Assembly (NCBI GenBank): GCA_032718475.1
Contig: JAUCBJ010008636.1
Location: 1 to 64,000 of the forward strand
Length of the DNA: 64,000 bases
Direction: 5' to 3'
Source of the DNA: Nemertoderma westbladi
Taxonomy: Eukaryota > Animalia > Xenacoelomorpha
Made by a program: the position numbers and the translations under genes. The notes beneath the pieces were generated by a model. That model did no database searches, was not told the DNA's origin, and worked only from the letters and a program-made list of their open reading frames with translations. Of the stretch, positions 51,259 to 64,000 are shown in pieces (position 1 is the stretch's first letter; the number at the start of each line of letters is the position of its first letter).

Positions 51259-52958
51259 ACCGCAATATATTTCAAAGGTGATTCTAAAATAAATGGAAAG
51301 TTTAGTTATATGAATTCTATATACTGTATATTTATTTGTCAAAAAACACAATAACAAGTAAACTGAGGCATCTCTCTAAAAAATAAACAGTTTTTATCAA
51401 TTATCTCAGAACTACAAAAAATCGACTTAGGGGGTTCTGCCTTGAAGGTGGCGAATTCTAACCGGGCCGGCCGGGGTGAAAATACACTAGGAAATTTTAA
51501 CCGGGGGGGGGGGGGGGGATTTTTAGGGGGGTGGAAAATTTCTGCTACACCGCGATTCCAATTATACTTATATTAACGTGCCCAAATTTTAGTGAGAATG
51601 TCCATTTCAATTTCAATATTCCAATAATAGCCTACGGCACGGGATTTCCACTTCAAATATCAAAACCGCAGAATCTGGCTTTACAAAAGACTTATACTGG
51701 CTGACTGTTGCTGACTATCATTGGACCTGACTGCCTGACGTCTGCTGGTTCATTCTTCATTTAACTCTGTCAGTCAGTCTGTACACTACACACAAATGTA
51801 CACAGCTGTACGTACGTACTGCAGTACTGACGTAGGCTCACCCCAATCTGACTGGAAATCTGGAATCCATACTGCTGTACTGCCATACCGGTACCGGTCC
51901 GGTACTTGATTCAGTGATTTGATACTGTACTGTCAGTGCCAGATTGCTTACGACAGTAGGCAGGTATGTAGGCTTACCGATTGACCGGCAGACCGGTGCA
52001 TACGGCTGTGGACAGGGACAGGCTGACAGCGACAGGCAGACAGGGTGCGTCGGATTTGGCTGTTCTGCTGTTTGGGAATGTCACGACTCACGATTGGGTC
52101 TGGGTGGGGTACGGGTACCGGTACTTAATGTACCGCGTACCGGTACTTAATGCTGTAATGTAGGCCTACTTCCTGACTTTTACTGTCTGACTGTTTTATA
52201 CGTTAGGCCCTATACCGTACCTACTGCAATAGCCTACTGGCTGACTGGGTAAACACACCATACCTGCATACAGTCATACAGACAGACGAGTGAGATGACA
52301 GACAGTCAGGCTGACAGGGGCCAGGCAGCCAGGTCAGCAGTTATACAGTTCACCAGTTAGGCTATAGGCTGATAGGCTGACAGCAAAAGGGGAGAGGCAG
52401 GCTTTTATAACCAAAACAATAAACGATATTGTTACCAATTGAGGGAAAGGAACAGGTTACAGAGGCGAGATAAATGCTTTTCTAACTAAACAATAAATTT
52501 ATCCCGAGTGATATTCAGATATTAATTATCACTACCGGTACCGGCTGACCAGTATATCACCTGGCAGCCTGGGTGATATTCTGATAATTTTTATCACCCG
52601 GGTAACTGGGTAATAATATATATCACCCGGACTGCCGGGTGATAATATTATCACGTATCACCCTGAAAAAAATACCCTAATCTAATTGGCCCAAATCAGC
52701 AATACCGGTACGTCTGTCCAGCTGTCTGTACTGGTCTGCTGGTTGACTGTGGACTGGCCAGCAGTTATGTTATCCAGTCTGATAGCACCTACAGAACTTT
52801 CAGACTTTCGAGGAGACAGAGCCAGTCTGGCAGTGCGGATAGGATAGGGCCTAGGCTACTAAAAACAATAAGTTAGGCCTATGCTATATCCGGTGAACTT
52901 TTAGCATCTAGTTTACACTGTTACCGGTACCGTACGCGTACACCTGTGCACTACACTG

Positions 52959-53622
52959 GTCCAGACTGGAATCTCTATGCAGCTATGTATTGCACGCCGG
53001 AGGTGCGCCGGGCGTAGAATATTTTGCGCCAACCGACACTGAATTTACGCGAACCAAAAAAATATGTTCCTACAGTAGCACATAAAACAGTAAAACGTGT
53101 GCACAATGTACTGAAGAACGTTTAAAAACGAATATTAATTATAATTGATTTATTAAGTTAATAATTTATACACGGGCAGACGGGCGAATATAAAATGTGT
53201 GAAATTACAGTAGATATACACAGACACACTTGACAGCTTGTACAATAACAGAATGAAAAATTACAGTAGATAAGACAGCAAGATACACCTGTAGTATTGT
53301 TAGACAGTTAAAGTGCTGTATTGCCTCTGTGTGCTCTGTATTATATCCTGTAGCCAGGGCATTGGCGCATGGCGCATGGCGCAGTGCTATAATGTTGTTG
53401 GTGGATTAGTTTTCAACCAAGTTTTGTTCCTTTTATGCGACGAAAATGGTTTAAAACTAGGTCTACCGACTACCTAGGTACCGTACAGCAATGGTTTGTG
53501 TTTCGTAGTTCAGTAGTTTAGTTTTCTAATTCCTTCTCTGCGCCGACGCCGAGGCATTAGTTTCTACCCGAAAATCTCGTAGATCTCCCAGAAAAAGCCG
53601 AGAGATTCCAGTCTGGACACTC
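52959..53622. mobile_element. MITE with an 18-bp TIR
   Basis: GTCCAGACTGGAATCTCT / AGAGATTCCAGTCTGGAC; ACACTGGT occurs at both flanks. Confidence 0.7.
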
Positions 53623-53912
53623 ACACTGGTACATTTGACATTTCAGGCCAACCCAACAACACCTCTAGCAGACTAGGCCTACTGAATCTATAAATTGCAG
53701 AATTGTAAAGCAAGCATAAAAACTTCCGGCTCCGAGGCCGAAGCGTGATATTCCAGTAGACCTGCCGGTATTCCCAAACATTCCTGCCCTTGCCCTGCAT
53801 CCAGTGATCTCTCCAAGTCATACATTGATTGATTTGATTTTTTAACACTGCGGGCTACTGCAGTAGGCCTACTGTAAACATAAAATATTAGGGCATAAGT
53901 CCAGAAGTCAGG

Positions 53913-54391
53913 GGTCCTACGAATTACCCCAAAATACCCCAAAACACCCCAAAATACTCCAAAATACCCCAAAATAGTCAAAAATTACCCCAAAATACCC
54001 CAAAAAGGCTAAAAAATTACCCCAAATTACCCCAAAATAATCTAACAATGGTTTTTAACAGCGAGGGAAAGGAGCAGGTTACAGTGGCAAGTTTTTTTAA
54101 CCAAAACAATAAACGAGAGTGAAGAAAAAATTTTTAATTATTTTGGGGTAATTCGTCATTATTTTGGGGTAATTCGTCATTTTACCATATTTTGGGGTAA
54201 ATTAAATTTCCAAAACAAAGGCTCAAAAAAAAGTATTTTGGGGTAATTCTAAACTATTTTGGGGTATTTTGGGGTAATTCTAAACTATTTTGGGGTATTT
54301 TGGGGTAGTTTTATACTATTTTGGGGTCTTTTGGGGTGTTTTGGGGTATTTTGGGGTGTTTTGGGGTATTTTGGGGTAATTCGTAGGACCG
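53913..54391. mobile_element. Foldback (Mutator-like) MITE with (TACCCCAAAA)n arms, just upstream of RPS13
   Basis: TIR GGTCCTACGAATTACCCCAAAATACCCC; 8-9-bp TSD GAAGTCAG(G) at 53904 and 54392. Confidence 0.85.
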
Positions 54392-54534
54392 GAAGTCAGG
54401 TTTATAATTAGATAGGCATATAATAACAGTATAGGACCTATCTATTTATTAGGCATATACTACTACTACTAGTGAGTAGGCCTGGCCTATTGCCTTATTC
54501 TAAGTGATAAGTCACATTTATAATAATTACCATA

Positions 54535-54990
54535 ATGGGTCGTATGCACTCGCATGGGAAAGGCCTCTCGGCGCCGTCGCTGCCCTTCAGACGATCCGTA
54601 GCGACATGGCTGAAACTATCGGCAGACGAAGTCAAAGATCAGATCTACAAACTGTCCAAGAAAGGCTTGACCCCGTCCCAGATCGGTGTCATCTTAAGGG
54701 ACAGCCACGGCGTCTCCCAAGTCAGATTTATAGCCGGAAATAAAATCCTACGTATCTTAAAAGCGAAAGGAATAGCGCCTGAGATACCAGAAGATTTATA
54801 CTGCCTGATAAAGAAGGCGGTTTCGGTACGGAAACATCTGGAACGTAACCGAAACGATAAGGATTCTAAGTTCCGGTTGATTCTAATAGAGTCGCGAATC
54901 CATCGGTTAGCCCGGTATTACAAGCGTAAGAAGGTGTTGCCGCCTACGTGGAGGTACGAGAGCAGTACAGCGTCAGCGATGGTCGCGTAG
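54535..54990 (+). CDS. RPS13: 40S ribosomal protein S13 (uS15), intronless
   Basis: 151 aa; [12 protein letters not shown]...[16 protein letters not shown]...[23 protein letters not shown]...[11 protein letters not shown] is the canonical eukaryotic RPS13 pattern. Confidence 0.98.
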   Translation: MGRMHSHGKGLSAPSLPFRRSVATWLKLSADEVKDQIYKLSKKGLTPSQIGVILRDSHGVSQVRFIAGNKILRILKAKGIAPEIPEDLYCLIKKAVSVRKHLERNRNDKDSKFRLILIESRIHRLARYYKRKKVLPPTWRYESSTASAMVA

Positions 54991-55339
54991 ATTGGATCAG
55001 TAGACTGGGCGGACTAACTCTTGGTCTTTATTGTTCTACGGGTATTGTAAAGTAAACTTTGAAGATCTTTCTGTATAATTACAGTACCTAAATAATAATA
55101 ATAATATATAAATCCCAAGGGTATAATTTCTTTAATGGTTTATATTCTAATGGACTATACCAAACTGTTGCGTTGGCATGTTGCCGAGACAGTAGACAGT
55201 GAACCTACACATCTAGCCCTAGCATTCCTTTTGCAAATCACCAAAACTCGTAGAGTTTAACGAATAACACAGGCACTGCAAGTAAAGTGTAAATACTATT
55301 CCTAGAAAATCTTCAATATTCTCTCGACCCTTTATTAAC

Positions 55340-55899
55340 GGATCGAATGTAACATAGTTATGACGTATCGAACGTAACCGCATTTATGTTACATTGGATC
55401 CTATAACTATGTTACATTCGATCTACAAATTACTAAGCCCGAATGTAACATTGCCATTTGAAGGAGCAGGTTACTGTGCAGCAGAGGCGTGTTGGGGGAA
55501 CCAAATCAATAAACGAAAGTTAACACATGTTACAACATTATGCAGGTTAGCCTACTTTTATTTAAATGAGCAGGTTTCAGAGGCGTGTTGGGGAAACCAA
55601 AACAATAAACGAAAGTTAAAACACATATTACAAGATTATGCAGGTTACATAATTCAGTAATTGGGTCTTTGGTCTTTGTTTTGTACTCACCAAACTGTTT
55701 CTTCCTGTAAATAAACGAAGCATTTCATCGGTTAACTCCTGAAATCAAAATACAACTGAAATAAATGTTACATTCGGGCTTAGTAATTTGTAGATCGAAT
55801 GTAACATAGTTATAGGATTCAATGTAACATAATTGAGGTTACGTTCGATTCGGAAAAACTATGTTACGTTCGATCCTGATTACGTTCGGTCTGTCACCC
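55340..55899. mobile_element. MITE with ~110-bp inverted arms built from GATCGAATGTAAC units
   Basis: 55340-55452 is the reverse complement of about 55764-55876; (ACCC)TTTATTAAC is repeated at both flanks. Confidence 0.8.
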
Positions 55900-56374
55900 T
55901 TTATTAACCTCATTGACGCTCGATAAATAATATCCTCGAGAATAGAGAGAAAAGTTATACTTCTTTCCTATGATGTAATTAATATTAATATTTTACTTTT
56001 TTGGCCGGGAAAAAGTAAAATCAATAAAAAAAACTATGCAATCATATGGGCCAATTATCATCAAAATTGGCCAAACGGGTGTCCTGAAGTCATAACTTCT
56101 GTTTATGTCAGTTCTAGAAAGTGGTTGATGGCTTCAATGAAATCTGCCGAAGCGTAAGTTTTGTACAATTAATTTCTGCTCAAACAGACACCATATCTTC
56201 CCGCAGCAGAACGTAATATGGCCAAAAAATTACATTTTCAATGTCCCAGGTCCAAAGTGCTTGTAGAACAAAATTCCAACCCAAGGTCATACTCATATCC
56301 AGTAAACCAACATACCGTAGAAAGCTGGATAAATGGAGATTCGTTTTCAGCAGTATTAGTATGCAATGTAGTTT

Positions 56375-56641
56375 GGGTTGGGTGCAATGGCAATCTTCGC
56401 CCGCGTACAACCTTCCCCCGGGGAAAACCTTCGCCCGCAAGGCAATCTTTGCCCGCGAGCAACCTTCGAAGATTTGTGTCAGTAACAAATTGAGGGAAAG
56501 GAGCAGGTTGCAGTGACGGCTTTTTCTAACCAAAACAATAAACGATGGTGTTTCCCATTGAGGGAAAGGAGCAGGTTACAGAGACGGCTTTTTTCTATCC
56601 AAAGCAATAATTGTTTAGTAGGCGAAGGTTGCACCCAACCC
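56375..56641. mobile_element. Small MITE containing two copies of the shared core
   Basis: GGGTTGGGTGCAA...CTTCGCC / GGCGAAGGTTGCACCCAACCC. No TSD seen. Confidence 0.7.
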
Positions 56642-57157
56642 TCAGTATATGGATTCTATCGCCGCCGCCGTAACAAAAATGTATCACACAGACTCCAAGA
56701 AACAGATGGGATTGGAGGATGCAAACCAAGAATGACTTGCATCAACCAAACAAACTGCCTCCCATCTAATGTAATACACAGTCGTCTAAGCAGACAAATC
56801 ACAATCACAAATCCTGCGAAGTGTGAAATGTTATCCCGATCCGCAACCTGGGAAACGGCTCCATAGAGCAGTTTACTCCGCTAAGGGTAATCCTAAGAGT
56901 AAATATTCATTTGAAGAAAAATTTTCTCAGAGTCACAGAATGTTACAATTTCATCGCATTTACTTAATTTCCGTCCAAGTAATAGTCTATAAGTAGAATA
57001 AGGTATATTTAATGTATCAATCACTTTTTCCGGCTCTATTTGAATGTGATGTTAGTAAAAATACTACCAGATTCTTATTTCAAAGCGCTTTCAAGGGGTG
57101 TATGAAATATGTTGGTTAGCCACACTGCAAAATATTTACAGACAATGATAAATCAAT

Positions 57158-58676
57158 TAGGGATGTCCCGGAATCGATATTTTGATTCCGGCCGGAACCG
57201 GAATTCAATATTCCGACCGGAACCGGAATTTTGAATTTATTTTGAAGTGAAACACACTAAATGACCATTGCCCTTTATAATTTTTTGTAAATATACGTAT
57301 TTTTTAAATTTCTAAAGCCAAGTTTACTAATGATATCAATCAGCTCCTTGGGGGGAGTTTTGGTGTGAGAGAGGCCTGGCCCAGAAGCAGGAGAAATTGA
57401 TTATGGGGCTGGGGGAGGAGGTGGGGGTATTTGGGGGCCGTAACCCTATCTGGTCAGGTCTATTTTTACGAATTGGCCCTGCGTGCGTTGTCATTTTGGG
57501 AATTTTTTTTAGATCTTGGCTAAAAAATTAAAAATTTTGTGGTATAAGGGTTTTCGAGGTCGCTGATCACGATAGAACTTCTTAAAAATATTTAATGGAA
57601 GTGTAAACATTAAATTTTTTATCAATTTGTGCTACTGGTACTTGTATTTTTCGTGTCAAATTGGCACATGTCCAAAAATGCTACAATGAATCGGATCTGA
57701 TATGATATGAGTTTCATATTCATGATCAGCATCCCGGAAAGCCCCTAATGTCATAAAAATAGTTTGATTTGTGGTGATTTTTCATTATCATATTTTCACA
57801 ACTTGTTTTTTTCATGCCCTGGGGGCACATACCAAATTACTAGACATTTTCTCGTATGTTATATCTGAGTTCCATAATCGTGATCATCATCTAAACAAAC
57901 CGCTATATACCGGTACCACAAATAAATTAATTTTATCGAGCTATTAAAACTTTTGAAAAAATTTTCGCGCGAAAATTACTGGAGATGAGTGACAGAATGG
58001 GACAACACGAAAACGAACAAAGCTATGTTATTGGCGTTTGCGCTGGTGGATTGCCTATTGAATTTTAGGAAATGTCGCGAAATCTGGGTTTTCCCACCAT
58101 ACTTGGCTTTAAATATACAGTTTAGTTACAAAAAAATTTCTAAAATGACCACCCCGGGCCAAATAGGGTTAAACGACAGGGAATTCGATTTCATTATTTC
58201 CCAAAACCCATAACCTTGGCCAAAAGGCTTTGGTTCAATATCCTGGTGTTGTTAATGGAAATTAGCAGGTCACAGTGACATGTAATTCTGACCAAATCAA
58301 TAAACGAGAGTCAATATTACATGTTACAATTTAATTTTTGCTGTGAATAAATATATTTTTTGTATAAATAAAACTAATGTATTACGCAACACCTAAGGCT
58401 AATGACGCAGGACCTAATTAAAGTAACATAGTAACATAAAGGACCCCTTTGTAAATAAACTACTGCTTTAGGGGTAATACGATGTTATGTTGGACAATAC
58501 ATATTATAATATTGTTATTGTTTTTACATTATGTGTGATAATAATTTCACAAACTAATTGAAACTATTAAACTAGTTAGTAAACTGGTAATTCCGGTAAA
58601 ATTCCGGCCGGAATTGACCCAATTCCGGCCGGAACCGGAATCTGGCAAAAACCGCCGGAATTCCGGGATAACCCTA
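57158..58676. mobile_element. hAT-like MITE
   Basis: TAGGGATGTCCCGGAAT ... ATTCCGGGATAACCCTA; 8-bp TSD AAATCAAT; subterminal CCGGAACCGGAAT repeats. Confidence 0.88.
57444..58168. mobile_element. piggyBac-like MITE nested in the hAT MITE
   Basis: (G)TAA|CCCTATCTGGTC ... GGGCCAAATAGGG|TTAA; inverted homolog of 14609-15314. Confidence 0.8.
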
Positions 58677-59639
58677 AAATCAATGTCCGGCCCTGTTATA
58701 TGAGGCATCTCTAGCATCTCTGGCATCATTACAGGGACGGACAGTCCGAGCTCTGTTCAGGTTCACGTTCACTATGTAATATACACCACGACCCGTAATA
58801 TGGTTTCATTTTCTGATGACACGCACCCCCCCCCCCCCCCCCCCCCCCCCTAAAAAAATTTATAGAAATCGTTATATTGCTTGCAATTTGGACCTGAATT
58901 ATTGCTCACCGTGGTTGTTACCATGAAGCCGGAATTTTTGATTAGGCCTTTTAATTTTTTATAAGCGTTTTAAAAAAGTGTCTTTTGCGAAATCGCACCC
59001 TCCGTATCGTGGCCATTCTTCACATTAGCGTTCACATTTCGCATAGGCAGAAGGCCAAATCTTCTATTTAATAAATAGACAATGTTCTGGAACATTTTGT
59101 TTATGTTTGAATAGCTATGCAATATAGATCGTTTATACTGTTTATTAAATTATTATAGAGATACTATATTTCAGAGATTGTTTAATGTTTTTGGTCATTA
59201 ACAAGGTAATATAGAATCCAAAATATGTGGTTCGGATTGATTGTGAGATACTTGTGTTTTTTGCTAGATTGAATAAGCTATGATGTTCAGGAACTTTTCT
59301 TTATGTTTGAATAGTTAGTTATTGTATATGCATTCCGCTGTTGCCCACCTACTCATAAAATAAATATCACGTTCTAGAATTTAGTGTATTTATTAAATAG
59401 AATAAATGGCCTAGGGCGAATGATAATTCTTTCAATCTTTGAATGCCTATCTCAGCTGTTTTTTGTGAAACCCAGTTGCAAAGGCTCAGCCTTCCTACCG
59501 AGTCTCACTAAATGGGAGTCGTTTTCTGCGCACTGTGATGGCAGGAGAGGGTGAATTCCTGACCATCACGACTGTTTAGCGAAGTCCCGGAAGGAAGATC
59601 ATGAGAGGAGAACTGAGACTGAAAGGGTAACTGTCGAGG

Positions 59640-60405
59640 ATGCTCTAGGAGGAATGCCCGAGGGTCGATGTCGCACAATCCGCCGTGTGGCTGAATATAA
59701 AACAGGAAGTTGGGTCTCCGCGCTTCCAAGAGCCGACTTTCAGTTCGACCTATCCCTCCAGGAGTTCCGGGACTCCAATGCAGTGTGGTATGGTCGCCCC
59801 CTCCTCGGTGTACCAAGCCGATGCGATGGATGCGGGGCCGCTTTCGATTTGACGCACGGTTTAAATTGCAAGCAGGGCGGTCTTGTTATCCAGCACCACA
59901 ATGAACTGAGGGACACCGTCGGACACCTTGATGCTCTGGCATTTGGACCCCGTAATATCCTGTGGGATCAGGTGGTTCGGGAGCAGCTGGAAGAAGGGGA
60001 CATGGCGGGACTGAGGTGCGATGTGGGGATAAGGGGTGCTTTTAGTGTACAGACCCAGGCGTTGATCGATATCAGGTCAACAAACCTTGACGCCGGGCCC
60101 CATACTAATCGTGCCCCCATGTCCGTGCTTGAAGCTGCAGAGGATGAAAAGAAGCGCTAGTACGCTGCAGTTGCTGTTGCAGCTCGTCACTTCTCCCCCT
60201 TTGTGGCCTCATGCGATGGAGTGTTGGCCCCACAAGCCAACAAACTCATTCGCATCTTCGCAACCAAACTGCATCACTCCTGGGGCAAACCATGTGGGAC
60301 AGTTATGGGTTGGGTCCGAGCGAGAATACTGTTCGCCATCATCCGAGGAACATCCCACTGCCTGAGAGGATCACGTACCAGGTGGCGTAGTGGGTTGGGA
60401 CTGGA
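59640..60405 (+). mobile_element. 3' fragment of a non-LTR retrotransposon with a restriction-like endonuclease (CRE-like)
   Basis: Zinc knuckle CDGCGAAFDLTHGLNC, HNELRD, LRCDV...ALIDIR...EDEKKR. One premature stop at 60158-60160, then the same frame continues FSPFVASCDG...WVRARILFAIIR. Confidence 0.75.
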
Positions 60406-61589
60406 AGAATGCGTAGGTGTACTCATTATACTAAACAACTGCTCTAGAATAAAGATAACGAAAAACTCCACGGGATTCCCAACATTAGGTGTGTTTAAGA
60501 TTAATCGCCTTGAATATTGTGAAGAATAACATTACATGCACCCACCGTTGAGAATACATTATAATGGTTATGTACAATAATAATATCTTTCAATATTCAA
60601 AATATAATTATAGACGGGGATTATTATACATTTACCTAGAAATGTTAAGCATTTCAGAGGCCAGACAAATTATTCTTATATACAGACGGACTATTATATA
60701 CATTATCACATTTTTAGTATTTTAGTATTTTATTCTTCTAGCGAACAGAAACCGTACAAACTGAAATTGGCCATAAAACTTGCAATCTTTCACTTTGGTC
60801 CACTGCACGATTATTGTTAACCCTTGTTGCGTTAAAAGGATTGGTGTGGAAAACATTATTAGCTTAAAAATATGCATTCGATATTAAAAGTAAGATTACG
60901 TATTAATTACATGGAAATAATAAAATAGCATTATATCCCTTTATAGCTTTATAAACCTGATTAGTATAATAATTAACCTCGCTCTGCAAATTATACATCT
61001 CGAGATACATGTCCCGTTGAATTCGATGTGAATAATTTCCCAGTGCGAGTCACCAAAAAGAGTTACGTGTGCGTCGAGGGACCATAAAGCATATAAAGCT
61101 AATTTATTTTCATGTAATGCGTAATTTTATTCCTAAAAACTGACTCATTACCTGGGTCACTTATTATTAAATAGTTATGTTGCAATTAATAACCTTTATT
61201 TCACCTAAATAAATAAATTTGGCCTAATAATTTAGTTCAAATGAATTAATTAGGTGCGGCGCAATAGTACAATAACACAGTACACACACACTTTTACCAA
61301 AACATTTAGGTAATTATTCAGTTAGGGATTTACCCTATCTCGTATATAGGGTACTTTTTTAATATAGGGTATTCTGACATTTCTGTAGTTGTAATTATTT
61401 TCACATAAAAAATATTTGAATATGTTAATTCGGCAGGTTCAATGACAATATCGAGTTGTTCTATCGAATTGTCATTCATACCAATACCATTTCGAAGTAA
61501 ACTATGTAAAATTTCTTCAGCACTCGAAATCTCATCATCCCAATCACTAAACGAAATCTCATCTGATGCATCTTCAATGTCACTTGAAC

Positions 61590-64000
61590 CTTCATCCAAC
61601 ACACCGACCAAGTCCTTTTCCTTCCTCCCAGTATCATCCAACATACCGACCATGTCCCTGTCCTTCCTCCCAGAAACATCCAACACACCAATCGTGTCTC
61701 TGTCCTTCCTCCTAGTTTCATCCAACACACCGACCGTGTCCCTGTCCTTCCCCCCAGAATCATCCAACACACCGACCGTGTCCCTGTCCTTCCTCCCTGT
61801 ATCATCCAACACACCGACCGTGTCCCTGACCTTCCTCCCAGTATCATCCAACACATCGACCGTGTCCCTGATCTTCCTCCCAGTATCATCCGACACACCG
61901 ATCGTGTCCATGTCCTTCCTCCCTGTATCATCCAACACACCGACCGTGTACCTGACATTCATCCTAGTATCATCCAACACACCGACCGTATCCTTGTCCT
62001 TCCCCCCAGAATCATCCAACACACCGACCGTGTCCCCGTCCTTCCTCCCAGTATCATCCAACACACCGACCGTGTCCCTGTCCTTCCTCCCTGTATCATC
62101 CAACACACCGACCGTGTCCCAGTCCTTCCTCCCTGTATCATCCAACACACCGACCGTGTCCCTGACCTTCCTCCCAGTATCATCCAACACACCGACCGTG
62201 TCCCTGTCCTTCCTCCCTGTATCATCCAACATACCGACCGTGTCCCTGTCCTTCCTCCCTGTATCATCCAACACACCGACCGTGTCCCTGTCATTCATCC
62301 TAGTATCATCCAACACACCGACCGTGTCCCTGTCCTTCCCCCGAGAATAATACAACACACCGACCGTGTCCCCGTCCTTCCTCCCAGTATCATCCAACAC
62401 ACCCACCATGTCCCTATCTTTCCTCCCAGTATCATCCAACACACCGACCGTGTCCCTGTCCTTCCTCCCAGTATCATCCAACACACCGACCGTGTCCCTG
62501 ACCTTCCTCCCAGTATCATCCAACACACTGACCGTGTCCCTGACCTTCCTCCCAGTATCATCCAACACACCGACAGTGTCCCTGTCCTTCCTCCCAGTAT
62601 CATCCAACACGCCGACCGTGTCCCTGACCTTCCTCCCAGCATCATCCAACACACTGACCGTGCCCCTCTCCTTCCCCCCAGTATCATCCAACACGCAGAC
62701 CGTGTCCCTGTCCTTCCTCCCAGCATCATCCAACACACCGACTCAGTCCCTTTCCTTCCTCCCAGTATCATCCAACACACCGACCATGTCCCTGCCTGTC
62801 CTTCCTCCCAGAAACATCCAACACACCCACCGTGTCCCTGTCCTTCCTCCCAGTATCATCCAACACACCGACCGTGTCCCTGACCTTCCTCCCAGTATCA
62901 TCCAACACACTGACCGTGTCCCTGACCTTCCTCCCAGTATCATCCAACACACCGACAGTGTCCCTGTCCTTCCTCCCAGTATCATCCAACACGCCGACCG
63001 TGTCCCTGACCTTCCTCCCAGCATCATCCAACACACTGACCGTGCCCCTCTCCTTCCCCCCAGTATCATCCAACACACAGACCGTGTCCCTGTCCTTCCT
63101 CCCAGCATCATCCAACACACCGACTCAGTCCCTTTCCTTCCTCCCAGTATCATCCAACACACCGACCATGTCCCTGCCTGTCCTTCCTCCCAGAAACATC
63201 CAACACACCAATCGTGTCTATGTCCTTCCTCATAGTTTCATCCAACACACCGACCGTGTCCCTGTCCTCCCCCCCAGAATCATCCAACACACCGACCGTG
63301 TCCCTGTCCTTCCTCCCTGTATCATCCAACACACCGACCGTGTCCCTGTCCTTCCTCCCAGTACCATCCAACACACCGACCGTGTCCCTGTCCTTCCTCC
63401 CAGTACCATCCAACACACCGACCGTGTCCCTGTCCTCCCCCCCAGAATCATCCAACACACCGACCGTGTCCCTGTCCTTCCTCCCTGTATCATCCAACAC
63501 ACCGACCGTGTCCCTGTCCTTCCTCCCAGTACCATCCAACACACCGACCGTGTCCCTGTCCTCCCCCCCAGAATCATCCAACACACCGACAGTGTCCATG
63601 TCCTTCCTCCCTGTATCATCCAACACACCGACCGTGTCCCTGTCCTTCCTCCCTGTATCATCCAACACACCGACCTTGTCCCTGACCTTCCTCCCAGTAT
63701 CATCCAACACATCGACCGTGTCCCTGATCTTCCTCCCAGTATCATCCGACACACCGATCGTGTCCATGTCCTTCCTCCCTGTATCATCCAACACACCGAC
63801 CGTGTACCTGACATTCATCCTAGTATCATCCAACACACCGACCGTATCCTTGTCCTTCCCCCCAGAATCATCCAACACACCGACCGTGTCCCCGTCCTTC
63901 CTCCCAGTATCATCCAACACACCGACAGTGTCCCTGTCCTTCCTCCCAGTATCATCCAACACGCCGACCGTGTCCCTGACCTTCCTCCCAGCATCATCCA
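61590..64000. repeat. 42-bp minisatellite GTATCATCCAACACACCGACCGTGTCCCTGTCCTTCCTCCCA running off the window
   Basis: More than 50 tandem units with higher-order duplicated blocks; explains all overlapping ORFs in this region. Confidence 0.97.

Noticed and set aside
53920-54385. Ciliate-type T4G4 telomeric repeat or chromosome fusion site
   Set aside because: The unit is a degenerate 10-mer bounded by exact TIRs and a TSD, so it is a foldback MITE.

Overview
AT-rich, repeat-dense genomic DNA from an animal, most likely an invertebrate. Host genes are an intronless class B (calcitonin/DH31/CRF-receptor-like) GPCR ORF (7686-9014), the last three exons of a spliced tachykinin-receptor-like class A GPCR absent from the ORF track (17434-17536, 22052-22148, 22854-23064), and an intronless RPS13 (54535-54990). 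About 40% of the window is one BEL/Pao LTR-retrotransposon family. It appears as the 3' end of one copy (1-2358), an older copy (26081-49446, TSD GCTAC), and a very young 12-kb copy with near-identical LTRs (32395-44385, TSD GTCCT) inserted into the gag of the older one. Both internal regions keep gag and protease but share the same in-frame loss of RT, most of RNase H and the integrase core. They carry a non-env ORF in the env position. The young copy has no tRNA-type PBS; its PBS position matches its own LTR over 12 nt. The rest is MITEs, Helentron-like repeats, LINE/SINE/Gypsy remnants and minisatellites. A conserved bipartite ~55-bp core sits inside at least five MITEs with unrelated termini. 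All calls were made by eye without database searches, so boundaries of degenerate repeats are approximate.
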